Source: a virus (Duplodnaviria > Caudoviricetes). Taken from it: a DNA stretch of 57,698 nt. Where the stretch lies: IMG/VR virus record IMGVR_UViG_3300023116_000053, positions 1 to 57,698 of that record, one strand, 5' to 3'. This document shows positions 8,755-17,638 of this stretch, piece after piece. The first letter of the stretch is position 1. Each line of letters opens with the position of its first letter. The notes below the pieces were generated by a model. That model made no database searches and was not told the DNA's origin. It was given only the letters and a program-made list of their open reading frames with translations. Position numbers and translations under genes: made by a program.

Positions 8755-10572
8755 TCATTTATATAAATCTCTTTCTGTAAGTATTTTCGACCAACCAAAA
8801 CTTGATGTAGATATATATCTTATTGGATTTTCAATTAGTTCTATTGTCTCTAAATATCTCGGAACAAAGAAGACTGCCTGTTCTTTCTCTGCTAGATGAA
8901 TTATTCCTTCTCCGTGGTCATGGAAAGCAAAGAAGCCAAGTTCTGTAAGTATTTTCGACCAATTAAAACTTGATGTAGATAGTCCACGACTAAGGCTCCA
9001 TAAGTCCATTATTTTAGTGTCTTCTGGATTTGCGCCCACCTTATCTATAAAATATTCTCTGCCACTTTGAATAATACCTCTAATGTTCTTTTTTTGGTTG
9101 CCAAGAAGTTTTGCAAAATGTTGCGCTTTTTCTATCTCCTTTTTTGTTGAAGACAAAACAATCCCAAATTCAGTTGTCATAAGTGGCCTTAAGATGGCAA
9201 TTTCTTGAGTATATTTAGCAAAGGAGATAATTTGATTAATTTTGTCCCAAAAATATGTCATAACATCTTCAAAGAGAAGATAAAAATTTGAGATAAATTG
9301 ATAAAATTCAAATATTTCTTTTTCTGATATTATTTTGGTTTCTAAAAATTCACTCACAAAGTCATAAAATTTATAATACTCTTTTATAAAATCTAATAAA
9401 TCTGAATATACAATATCACTGTGGGGTGTGCCAAATTCTGAATACGAATCTTTAAATTGTTCTTTATTTTCAATAAATAATTTTTTTAGACTTCTTTCAA
9501 CATTATTGGGGTGAGCAAAAACGCTACTCATATCTATTCCATTTTCTACAATATAATGATTAATATATGACATAAAATCATCGGTTCTGAAATCAACTTC
9601 TTTTTGCCTACCAAACATACTTTTTAACCTAGCAAGTGTTTCATCTTTAACTTCATCTTTGCCTATATGAAAAATCAAATTTTGAAAATTGTCTTCTGGT
9701 TTGAAAATAAGCATATATTTAGCATGTCCTCGAAATGGCAATCTTCCTCTTTTAATTTGACTGAAAATTTCTTGACTCAAGGGGTAAGAATAAACACCCA
9801 GTGGAGTATTGTACCTACTGGATGGGTTGAACATCATATCTGCGGAACCTTCTATATCTGTCATGTGAATATAATACCAAGGATTGCCCGGTCTTTTTAC
9901 ATAGCCACTCAACTTATCTAATAAATTTTCTTTTGGATTAAAATGCCTTTTTCTTGCTAATTGTCTATTTCTTTTTTCGCCCTCTCTCCAACCCTTATCT
10001 CGGTTGTCTACATTATTAATTTGATATACAACTTTATCAATATCTTTATATTTTAATTTCAAATTACCTTTGTATGCGCCATCAACAAATGAAAGCCTAT
10101 TTATTACTTCAAAATCTCTTATTATTTTTCTGATAATCTTGCCAATTCTTCTTTCAAGCAGTAAAGAAACTTCTTCTTGGTCAATCTCGCCTTCTTTTTC
10201 TTTTACTTCTTTATTATATCTATACAACAGAAACTTTGTACCTAGAGGGTATTTTTTGATAGCAATCTTTAAAAAAGCCAATATTGTATTATTATTATAT
10301 TGTATTTCATCATCACCCACCCCAACATCACCCGAAAACCAATCAACTGTTTCGTCATAAAATGCCTTAGACAGTTCTTTATAATCAGCAAAATCGAATT
10401 TTAATGAATATTCTTCGTGAGTTGCAAGCATATCTGGAATTTCTTGCCTCATAACAGTTGCCATTCGATAAATCATTTCATCTTTGTCTAAATTTTCTTT
10501 TTCTTCTTGGATAATTTTTTGTTCTCGAATTTCCAACAATATTTGCCTTTTCAACTCTTTTTTGATATTCAT
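8755..10572 (-). CDS. Leader-bearing protein, possible ADP-ribosyltransferase-like fold; paralog of 10631-11938
   Basis: Shares PWYYIHMTD, TPLGVYSYPL, LPFR, FHIGKD and FHDHGEGIIH..E.EQAVFF with its neighbour. Confidence 0.55.
   Translation of the reverse strand: MNIKKELKRQILLEIREQKIIQEEKENLDKDEMIYRMATVMRQEIPDMLATHEEYSLKFDFADYKELSKAFYDETVDWFSGDVGVGDDEIQYNNNTILAFLKIAIKKYPLGTKFLLYRYNKEVKEKEGEIDQEEVSLLLERRIGKIIRKIIRDFEVINRLSFVDGAYKGNLKLKYKDIDKVVYQINNVDNRDKGWREGEKRNRQLARKRHFNPKENLLDKLSGYVKRPGNPWYYIHMTDIEGSADMMFNPSSRYNTPLGVYSYPLSQEIFSQIKRGRLPFRGHAKYMLIFKPEDNFQNLIFHIGKDEVKDETLARLKSMFGRQKEVDFRTDDFMSYINHYIVENGIDMSSVFAHPNNVERSLKKLFIENKEQFKDSYSEFGTPHSDIVYSDLLDFIKEYYKFYDFVSEFLETKIISEKEIFEFYQFISNFYLLFEDVMTYFWDKINQIISFAKYTQEIAILRPLMTTEFGIVLSSTKKEIEKAQHFAKLLGNQKKNIRGIIQSGREYFIDKVGANPEDTKIMDLWSLSRGLSTSSFNWSKILTELGFFAFHDHGEGIIHLAEKEQAVFFVPRYLETIELIENPIRYISTSSFGWSKILTERDLYK
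8773..8981. repeat. 41-bp in-frame direct repeat pair (8773-8813 and 8941-8981)
   Basis: ttctgtaagtattttcgaccaa(cc/tt)aaaacttgatgtagata, 2 mismatches; encodes STSSF(N/G)WSKILTE twice. Confidence 0.9.
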
Positions 10573-10636
10573 TATTTACATTTCTTCCTTGTTGTTGTAT
10601 ATTTCTGTATCGGCTCAAGCAAAAAACTCTTTAATA
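10494..10636. repeat. 143-bp direct repeat, copy 2
   Basis: Matches 8611-8753. Confidence 0.95.
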
Positions 10637-11938
10637 AGACATTTGCTTGGACAACCCACTGGCAGTTTTGACCATCATAATCCTTGCTGGGTTATTTATA
10701 ATATCGATTGTTTCTATAATATCTCTCAGTGTAAGACCCATTTTGTTGGGGTGAAAAATAACTGCTTGTTCTGGCTCATTTGGGTGTATGAGTCCTTCGC
10801 CATGATCGTGAAAACCAATAATCCCTAACTTTACAAACATTTGCGCCCACTGAAAAATGATATTGTCACCCTTTAGTTCGGCCAAATGACGGGTAACATT
10901 CCATAGTTCTGCAAAATCAGAATCAACATCTTCAGAATCGTATCTTTCGAGAGATATTTTTTTGTATTCATACAGAGGGTTTGTAAATTTATCTATAGAG
11001 CCAAGAATTCTTTTCAAAACTCTAGGCAAAGTAAATGAAAAAATTTTGGAGTAAATTTTCGCTTTAGTTGTTCGTATTTTCGCAAAATTAAAAAAATCAT
11101 AACTTTTTATCATTTGTTCCCAATATTTTAAAGGTTCTTTTATGCTAACATAAGCATTATGAAATTCATCAACATAATTGTAAATTTCAGGCAGATTTAC
11201 TACGTTTATTTTTTCTTCATAGCGATATTTTTCCACAATATTAAAAAAAATTTCATATGAATTATAAAAATTGGATAATTTACTGTGAAAATTTGCAAGA
11301 GGAATTTCATATGATTCGTTAAATTGTTTTTTTAATGCAATTATAATTTTTAATTTTTCTTTTTGTGTTAAATCTTTAGTAAAAAATTTTTCTTTTTGTC
11401 GATTGTAGTATTTTTCTATACTTGATTTTAAAAAATCATGAAAAACATCAAACTCTCTTTTCAACTCTTCGGGTTCATAAAGTCCATAGTTTTCCATATT
11501 ATTATCAAAAATTATTTTTGATTCAACCGCTTCTATACGATGTTCTTCGAGAAAAATTCTTTTCAATTCTGTTAAAATTTCTTTTCGAACTCTATCCTTT
11601 CCAATATGAAAAATAAAATTTTGAAAGCCATCTCTCAGTTTAAAAATAACTAATTTCTTCGTTTTCGCACGAAATGGTAGTTGGTAATGTTTTAATTGTT
11701 CAAAAATTTCAGGGCTTAAAGGGTAAGCATATATCCCCAAAGGAGTAGTAGCATGAGGACTAGAAGGGTAATACATCATATCTGCTGGCGCATCTATATC
11801 TGTCATGTGCATATAATACCAAGGTTTACCTGGAGTTTTTACATATCCTTTTATTCTTTGTAGTAAATTTTCTCTTTTTCCTTCATTCAGATAATTTATA
11901 ATTTCTTTTTCAATAATTTTCTTTATTTTATTTTCCAT
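10631..11938 (-). CDS. Leader-bearing protein, possible ART-like fold; paralog of 8755-10572
   Basis: Likely start ATG 11938 (MENKIKKIIEKEIINYLNEG); PWYYMHMTD, TPLGIYAYPL, GIIGFHDHGEGLIHPNEPEQAVIF. Confidence 0.55.
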   Translation of the reverse strand: MENKIKKIIEKEIINYLNEGKRENLLQRIKGYVKTPGKPWYYMHMTDIDAPADMMYYPSSPHATTPLGIYAYPLSPEIFEQLKHYQLPFRAKTKKLVIFKLRDGFQNFIFHIGKDRVRKEILTELKRIFLEEHRIEAVESKIIFDNNMENYGLYEPEELKREFDVFHDFLKSSIEKYYNRQKEKFFTKDLTQKEKLKIIIALKKQFNESYEIPLANFHSKLSNFYNSYEIFFNIVEKYRYEEKINVVNLPEIYNYVDEFHNAYVSIKEPLKYWEQMIKSYDFFNFAKIRTTKAKIYSKIFSFTLPRVLKRILGSIDKFTNPLYEYKKISLERYDSEDVDSDFAELWNVTRHLAELKGDNIIFQWAQMFVKLGIIGFHDHGEGLIHPNEPEQAVIFHPNKMGLTLRDIIETIDIINNPARIMMVKTASGLSKQMSY

Positions 11939-12413
11939 CGAACAATCCCTGTCTTGCTTTGAGGCATGTGGCAGATATTTCAAATTTGTGTGCCACTTGA
12001 CCAAATAATTCTCTTGGTTCGTTTAATTTTACTATCTCATAATAATAAGATCCATAAAGGACGAAATCGCCTTCCCTAACGAACAAATCTTGGTCTTCCG
12101 TTAGTCTCCTCTTGTGGAAGTTAATTGTGACCTTAGAACGCTTGTCTAAGCCATATTTTTCCGTTTGAGTTTCTTGACCTTCCCATTTGACCATCGCATA
12201 GACACGAATTGGAGGAAGAAAGTTTTTTTCTATGGCTTCTTTGTATAAAGGGTGAAAGTTTGTGGTTGTATAATCTATTGGATAATATAAGACTTGTTGA
12301 CCTATAACCCTTTCAACTAATTCATCATTTACTTGTTTGACCAAATCTCTTTCTTTTTCACCAAAAAACATTGGTGGGGGAGGTGCTGGCTCTCTATTAA
12401 ACTTATTTGACAT
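11928..12413 (-). CDS. Probable neck / head-closure protein (gp14-like)
   Basis: GQQVLYYPI, HPLYKEA, FVREGDFV, YYEIVK pattern; near the gp13-like gene. Confidence 0.55.
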   Translation of the reverse strand: MSNKFNREPAPPPPMFFGEKERDLVKQVNDELVERVIGQQVLYYPIDYTTTNFHPLYKEAIEKNFLPPIRVYAMVKWEGQETQTEKYGLDKRSKVTINFHKRRLTEDQDLFVREGDFVLYGSYYYEIVKLNEPRELFGQVAHKFEISATCLKARQGLFDGK

Positions 12414-12415
12414 CT

Positions 12416-13024
12416 TTATTTAAGTTCGGACAAACTTGTTCCATCGGAAGTGTTTGCATTGTCTAAAGCACTAGTGAATTTATTAACAAAATCATCACCT
12501 AACCTTCTTATAGAACTAAGAACAGTTTGTATCGCATTAGAAGCACTTGCTCTGCCATTTTCTTCATAATTTTGCTTAATTAATACAATTAAATCTTGTA
12601 TTGCTTCGCTTTCTTCTTTTTTTTGCGTGATGATTGAATCTATATCTTTTCTCATGTCATTAGGATTATTTGAATATTCTTTCACAAGGCCAAAATTAGC
12701 CATCGGAAGATCTGGCTTTTTTGGTTTTTTCGATAATCCTATATTACTCTTTAATTGTTTAATTTCATCATTATGAGCTTTAAAATATCGAACAAATAGT
12801 TTTATATAATCTGTGATTTTAGATTCAAATTCCTCGAAATCTTCTTTTTGTTTTTTTAAATTTTTTGTGATGTTTCCAATTTGCTGCCACAAAAAAACAC
12901 TTTGTTTTGGACCTTTAACATCATCGAAATCGTCCATTGTCATTTCAGAAGGGTCTTTTAATATTGGTTTTCCGGTTTGAGGGTCGTATTTGGTTGATTC
13001 TGTTAATTTAATTTTAATTTTCAT
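12416..13024 (-). CDS. Hypothetical helical protein with short leader
   Basis: 202-aa ORF in operon; starts MKIKIKLTES. Confidence 0.5.
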   Translation of the reverse strand: MKIKIKLTESTKYDPQTGKPILKDPSEMTMDDFDDVKGPKQSVFLWQQIGNITKNLKKQKEDFEEFESKITDYIKLFVRYFKAHNDEIKQLKSNIGLSKKPKKPDLPMANFGLVKEYSNNPNDMRKDIDSIITQKKEESEAIQDLIVLIKQNYEENGRASASNAIQTVLSSIRRLGDDFVNKFTSALDNANTSDGTSLSELK

Positions 13025-13029
13025 TGTAT

Positions 13030-14319
13030 TTATCCCATATAAATAAACATTGGCATTTTATTTAAGGTGCGATTAACGTTGTCAGTTTCATTCGCTCTAG
13101 TTTCTGAAATCTTTGCATAAGTTAATTCATCCAATGTTTTGTTTAATTCTTCCTTCAATTCCCTTCTTTCATCTTTACATTGCGACATCAAATCTGAATG
13201 ATTCAACGTAACAGATTCACCAGGAATAGGTATTGTTTGAAATTTTCCTCTGTTTTGCGCTAAAATGCATTTGCAAGTTGCCAAAGCATATCTCCGTATC
13301 CAGTGCTTTCCGATTGCATTGATATTTTTATAAGGAATATTTGAAAACGGAACTGTATTTACATTGTTTACTCCATCAACTCCTGATTCGTAACCATCTT
13401 CATCTAATATCGGATTCGAATCTACTGAAAATTCAACCCAAATAGCATTCAAATATTCGCGAGGAGGAGGATAAATCCTTAGTTTGTTGTTTCTGAGCAT
13501 ATAAGAGTAATGCGATGTTCTGACTCTTAAAGCATCTTCATATGCTGCTGCTTGCGCTTTGTTTTGCCATACTGGTACAATTTGATAAGAATGGTCGTCT
13601 GCATATTGACCGTATGTTGACAAGTTGCCAATAGAAACCAAACTTCCATAAAAACCATAAAACCTCCAAGTCGCTTGAGGAGACTTATAAAACACTCGTC
13701 GAATGCGGATTTTTCTATTATTTATTTTGTCGCTAAAAAGTTGTCCTCCAGCAACATCCTGAGCCTCTATAATCTCCTGCAAATCATAGTCCTGTTTGCT
13801 TGCTGTTAGCGCGATAGAAGCCGAATAAATTGTTTCGAAGCCTCCAACCCCAACTGCTGTCCCAACTGCGTCAGAAAGCCTCCTAGAGTAAGAAAATTGA
13901 AACTTTGGAAATTTTAAAGCAACATTCCCGCCACTCAAACTGGATGACAGTGGGGAAGATAAATGTTCGCCTTCGTGGTCAAAAGTACCAGTGGGTTGTC
14001 CAAGCAAATTTGGTAAAGAATTTTTTGCTTGATGTAAATTTATGACTGTAGAGTATTCCAAACATGCATCTTCGTATGCTGCATAAACATCTTGTTCTGT
14101 TAATTCAATGTCTAAAACAGCACCACCAAGCATTCGATAAGTATAAGAAACCTGCGATACAGCACCAGTTACCCACTCATTTCTTTCGGAATCAGGTAAG
14201 TTTGCATTTACATATAAACCGTAGGGTAAATAAGATTCAACTACGTTAGAATGAGTACCAGTAACTGGCAAAACGATTCTAGACGTTGTTGGTATAGGAG
14301 AAAAATCAGGGACTGCCAT
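13030..14319 (-). CDS. Neck protein (T4 gp13-like head-tail adaptor)
   Basis: LGGAVLDIELT, KLRIYPPP, WIRRYALATCKCILAQNRGKF, VTLN, PMFIYMG. Confidence 0.75.
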   Translation of the reverse strand: MAVPDFSPIPTTSRIVLPVTGTHSNVVESYLPYGLYVNANLPDSERNEWVTGAVSQVSYTYRMLGGAVLDIELTEQDVYAAYEDACLEYSTVINLHQAKNSLPNLLGQPTGTFDHEGEHLSSPLSSSLSGGNVALKFPKFQFSYSRRLSDAVGTAVGVGGFETIYSASIALTASKQDYDLQEIIEAQDVAGGQLFSDKINNRKIRIRRVFYKSPQATWRFYGFYGSLVSIGNLSTYGQYADDHSYQIVPVWQNKAQAAAYEDALRVRTSHYSYMLRNNKLRIYPPPREYLNAIWVEFSVDSNPILDEDGYESGVDGVNNVNTVPFSNIPYKNINAIGKHWIRRYALATCKCILAQNRGKFQTIPIPGESVTLNHSDLMSQCKDERRELKEELNKTLDELTYAKISETRANETDNVNRTLNKMPMFIYMG

Positions 14320-14378
14320 TTTTTGTTTTTACCTTTATAACAAGATGTTGTTTTTCAATAAATATAATAAAAAAACTT

Positions 14379-14732
14379 CTATATTTTTTTCCTAAATTTA
14401 TTTAAGTCTGCTTCTGTTGCTCTTGGAATACGAGTATTAAATTTTTTTTCTAAATTTTCAATATCTTCATCACTAACAGGAATTAATTTATGTCTACACT
14501 TATAACCCCCAGCCCAATCAATAACTGAATTTCCGTTCTTGTTGACAATTCTTGATAATTGTCTGGCAGTCACGATTTTGTTAACCAATGCAGCACACAA
14601 AGCCCTGTTTCTTGAATCTTGTGGACCGGCATAAAAAAATTTTTGGTCTGCCAACCACTTTCTCTCAGACAAAATATTTTTAACTATATTGAAAACTTGT
14701 TCTTCTAAATTTGTTTTGTTGTTATCTTTCAT
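14379..14732 (-). CDS. Small protein with head-morphogenesis (MuF/SPP1 gp7-like) Cys/His motif
   Basis: Likely ATG 14732 (ATGA overlap); YAGPQDSRNRALC ... GGYKCRH. Confidence 0.5.
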   Translation of the reverse strand: MKDNNKTNLEEQVFNIVKNILSERKWLADQKFFYAGPQDSRNRALCAALVNKIVTARQLSRIVNKNGNSVIDWAGGYKCRHKLIPVSDEDIENLEKKFNTRIPRATEADLNKFRKKI

Positions 14733-15703
14733 TTGTTTAAATCTTTTAATGCTGCTTCGCCAAACTTTCGTGCCATAGATACTACAACTCCATTGCCAAT
14801 CGCTCTTATTAACGCATCTCGCCACTTACAAGCGGTTAATACGCCAACTTTTTTTGGTCTTTTGCCTTTTTCTTTGACTTGTTTTATATTTGTAATTTCA
14901 TTCCTATCCCATCCGATTTTTGTTTCTATTGCCAACAATGCTCTGCTTTTTTCTTTTCCGCGAAATTGATTGGCTTCGTCAATATCAAGAAAAATATCTT
15001 TCCAGGCTTGAGGTATTTCTTCCATACCCATTTTGTCAGCAAACTCCCAATAATAGCCTTTTCTACCAAAATGTTTATAAAACCACCTGTTTGCTCTCCT
15101 GTCGCAAGCAGCGTACCATTTAGATTCAGTTGCAGTAATAGCAGGACAAACGGAATCACCCAATTCGTAATATCTTGTATCATACTCTCTATATGTTTCT
15201 GGCTCTGGGAATGTTCCGCCTACAATTCTTTGCCTTTTTTGCTTGGGTTCTTCTGCAAATTGTGCTGCATTATACTTTGTTCCCCAATCATCTTCTCCAG
15301 GCTCTCTTGTAATTACATTTTCAACCCATAACACTTTTATGTTCGGCCATACTTTAGTAATATCTAGCGACCATTTTAACAAATCATCTTTGTATTTTCC
15401 TGTTACTATTTGGCCAGAACCTTTTTTTGCCGGAGAAAGTTTTTGACATGGAGGGGATGCCCAAACAGCCGTAAAATCCGACAAATCAACATCTCTAACA
15501 TCTGCCATAACAGAATTTCCGCTACCAACATGAGTCGAAAGCCAATGCGCGACAGGATTTAATTCAAATCCCACACACTCCCATCCAGATTGCTCTAAAC
15601 CAAGCCTAGCAAACCCAGCACCATCAAATAGAACTGCTGCTTTTGGCTTTCGATTGACTTGTTCGTTCATGTATTTTCTCCAATTTTCCATAATCAACTT
15701 CAT
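14729..15703 (-). CDS. DNA (cytosine-5)-methyltransferase with N-terminal leader
   Basis: Motif I LFDGAG, motif IV ASPPCQ, motif VI VENV, motif VIII QKRQR, motif X IGNGV. Confidence 0.85.
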   Translation of the reverse strand: MKLIMENWRKYMNEQVNRKPKAAVLFDGAGFARLGLEQSGWECVGFELNPVAHWLSTHVGSGNSVMADVRDVDLSDFTAVWASPPCQKLSPAKKGSGQIVTGKYKDDLLKWSLDITKVWPNIKVLWVENVITREPGEDDWGTKYNAAQFAEEPKQKRQRIVGGTFPEPETYREYDTRYYELGDSVCPAITATESKWYAACDRRANRWFYKHFGRKGYYWEFADKMGMEEIPQAWKDIFLDIDEANQFRGKEKSRALLAIETKIGWDRNEITNIKQVKEKGKRPKKVGVLTACKWRDALIRAIGNGVVVSMARKFGEAALKDLNK

Positions 15704-15770
15704 TCCAACAAACCTTTTTTGTTTTTATATAATTATTAGTTCGAAAACGATAATTTTTACCTTTTTAGAT

Positions 15771-15802
15771 AAAAAAAAGAGAGAGGTTTTGACACCTCTC
15801 TC
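15771..15802 (-). terminator. Rho-independent terminator after major capsid gene
   Basis: 9-bp stem GAGAGAGGT/ACCTCTCTC (15779-15787, 15794-15802) followed by 8 T on the minus strand. Confidence 0.85.
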
Positions 15803-15833
15803 CATAAAATTGATAACCAAACTATATTTTGAT

Positions 15834-17627
15834 TTAGTTACCAGACTCGCCAAGCAATCCTCGTACAATTACCAAACCATACATATCTGGTTTGACCATT
15901 TTTTTCGCATAGCGAGTACGAACGATTTTACGAGGCGTAAAGTCTTCGGTTCCAAGAATCGTGGGAGATACTTGCAGTGGAACATAGGGAGCATAAACAT
16001 ATCCGCTTTCGAGGAAAGAACTACCTTTTCGTCCTACAAGAATCAAATTGCGAGGAAAATATGGGTCAACATATACATCCCACTTCTTAGAAATAGAACC
16101 AACTTTTTCACAACCTACAGTTCCAGTGTTGACATCAGAAGTCACAGTGGAAGATTTAAATCCATTGGTTTGTTCTACAATCGCAGCAACTTCAGGGCCA
16201 CAGACAAAGAAGTTTGCACCTCCACGCAGAGTCTTACGGTGCATTAAAGCACTCAGGTCTTGAATTGTGTGGAGCAGAGTTTCATTCCACTCAGAAACGT
16301 TTCCAGTGAAATCTGGAGCCTTCGAACTTGCTCCGATTTCCAGACCAGTTTCGCGATGCAAGAACATACCAGGAGAACGAGACCAGTAATATTTACCACA
16401 AGTTGCTCCATTAATAAGGTCAACAATGATTTCTCGGTCGATTTCCAAAGCGATTTCTTCAGACAGAATCTGAGTTAATTCAACTTCAGCATCAAGGTTG
16501 TGATAAGCACTCAAGTCTTCACCCAATTCTGGGGTCCACTTTGCTTTGAGTTTTTTGCCAATTGCAGTAACTGCAATCGAATCGATATTTAAGTCGATTT
16601 CGGGAATGTCGGGTTCGTTTTCCAAACCCCAAACATCTTGACCTTGAATAGAGCCGAGCGCACCACCATTCTGGAAATTGTCAACAATCGGAAAAGTAAA
16701 CTCAAGTTTCGGACCAGTTGTTCCTGAAAGTTGAACAGGGGTTCGAGACCCATCCCAAGACACATTGAAAAGCAACAATTCGGTCTTTCCAGATCCAGAA
16801 TATTGAGTCAATCGTCTTGCTTGCACATCGTTAGCAGCGAACAAACCATGCCCATCAGAACTTGACACATGAATGGAAACAAGGTTTTCGTCGTTAAAGT
16901 AAGCACCAGCAGAAGTGTCATCCAAATCACTTAAAGTAATTTTAGTAACAGCAACATTTGTAGTTCCCGAAACAAATTCAGGGTCAAAACGACAAAGTTT
17001 CATCAATTCTTCTTCTAATACAGCATTTCGTGTGACTGTACCTGGGGTGTTTACTACACCACCGTATGTTCCAGAAAGAACTGTGGTAGTGTTTACTTCT
17101 TTCGAGCCAGTAGGAGAAGAGTACCCTTGGTTTAAACTGAAAAAGCCAAGTTCTCCATTTTGTTCGGTAAGTAAAGCACCTCCAGTAATTTCTGAACCAA
17201 GTCGTCCTTGCCCGTATACAGACTGATTAAGGTCTGAATATAGACGCTGATAATCTTCCCCGTATCCAGCAGGACGAGATAGTTTAAAATCCAAGAAGAA
17301 AATCAATCCAGAAGGAAGAGACATGGGTTGTACAGAGACTAAGTTGTTTGCAATTAGATCTCCAAAGACTCTTCGAACGAGAGGGAACGCTACAGAAGCA
17401 AAACCTTCTACGTCACCTCCCCCTGCTCTAGCCATAACCGATGCTTCTTTCAAAAGTTGCTTTGCTTGGTTTTCAAGCAAGACGGCCATGTTTTGTCGCG
17501 ATGTTTCAGTATCCAAACCTTCTAAAAGTCCGGTATTTTCCCACTTATTCAAGAGGGCAGCACTTTCTTTAAGCTTTTCGTTTTCGCGACGAGTAATGTT
17601 TTTTGTTAATGAACCTAAAATACTCAT
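15834..17627 (-). CDS. Major capsid protein (T4 gp23-like)
   Basis: KWENTGLLEGL, LLENQ, PLVRR, VQPMSLPSGLIF, LKAKWTPE, EIDREI, YAPYVPL, FTPRK..TRY. Confidence 0.97.
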   Translation of the reverse strand: MSILGSLTKNITRRENEKLKESAALLNKWENTGLLEGLDTETSRQNMAVLLENQAKQLLKEASVMARAGGGDVEGFASVAFPLVRRVFGDLIANNLVSVQPMSLPSGLIFFLDFKLSRPAGYGEDYQRLYSDLNQSVYGQGRLGSEITGGALLTEQNGELGFFSLNQGYSSPTGSKEVNTTTVLSGTYGGVVNTPGTVTRNAVLEEELMKLCRFDPEFVSGTTNVAVTKITLSDLDDTSAGAYFNDENLVSIHVSSSDGHGLFAANDVQARRLTQYSGSGKTELLLFNVSWDGSRTPVQLSGTTGPKLEFTFPIVDNFQNGGALGSIQGQDVWGLENEPDIPEIDLNIDSIAVTAIGKKLKAKWTPELGEDLSAYHNLDAEVELTQILSEEIALEIDREIIVDLINGATCGKYYWSRSPGMFLHRETGLEIGASSKAPDFTGNVSEWNETLLHTIQDLSALMHRKTLRGGANFFVCGPEVAAIVEQTNGFKSSTVTSDVNTGTVGCEKVGSISKKWDVYVDPYFPRNLILVGRKGSSFLESGYVYAPYVPLQVSPTILGTEDFTPRKIVRTRYAKKMVKPDMYGLVIVRGLLGESGN

Positions 17628-17638
17628 AACGTTTTTTC

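Noticed and set aside
8773-8981. DGR template/variable repeat pair
   Set aside because: Only 41 bp with 2 mismatches, both copies lie in the same ORF, and no reverse transcriptase is present in the window.
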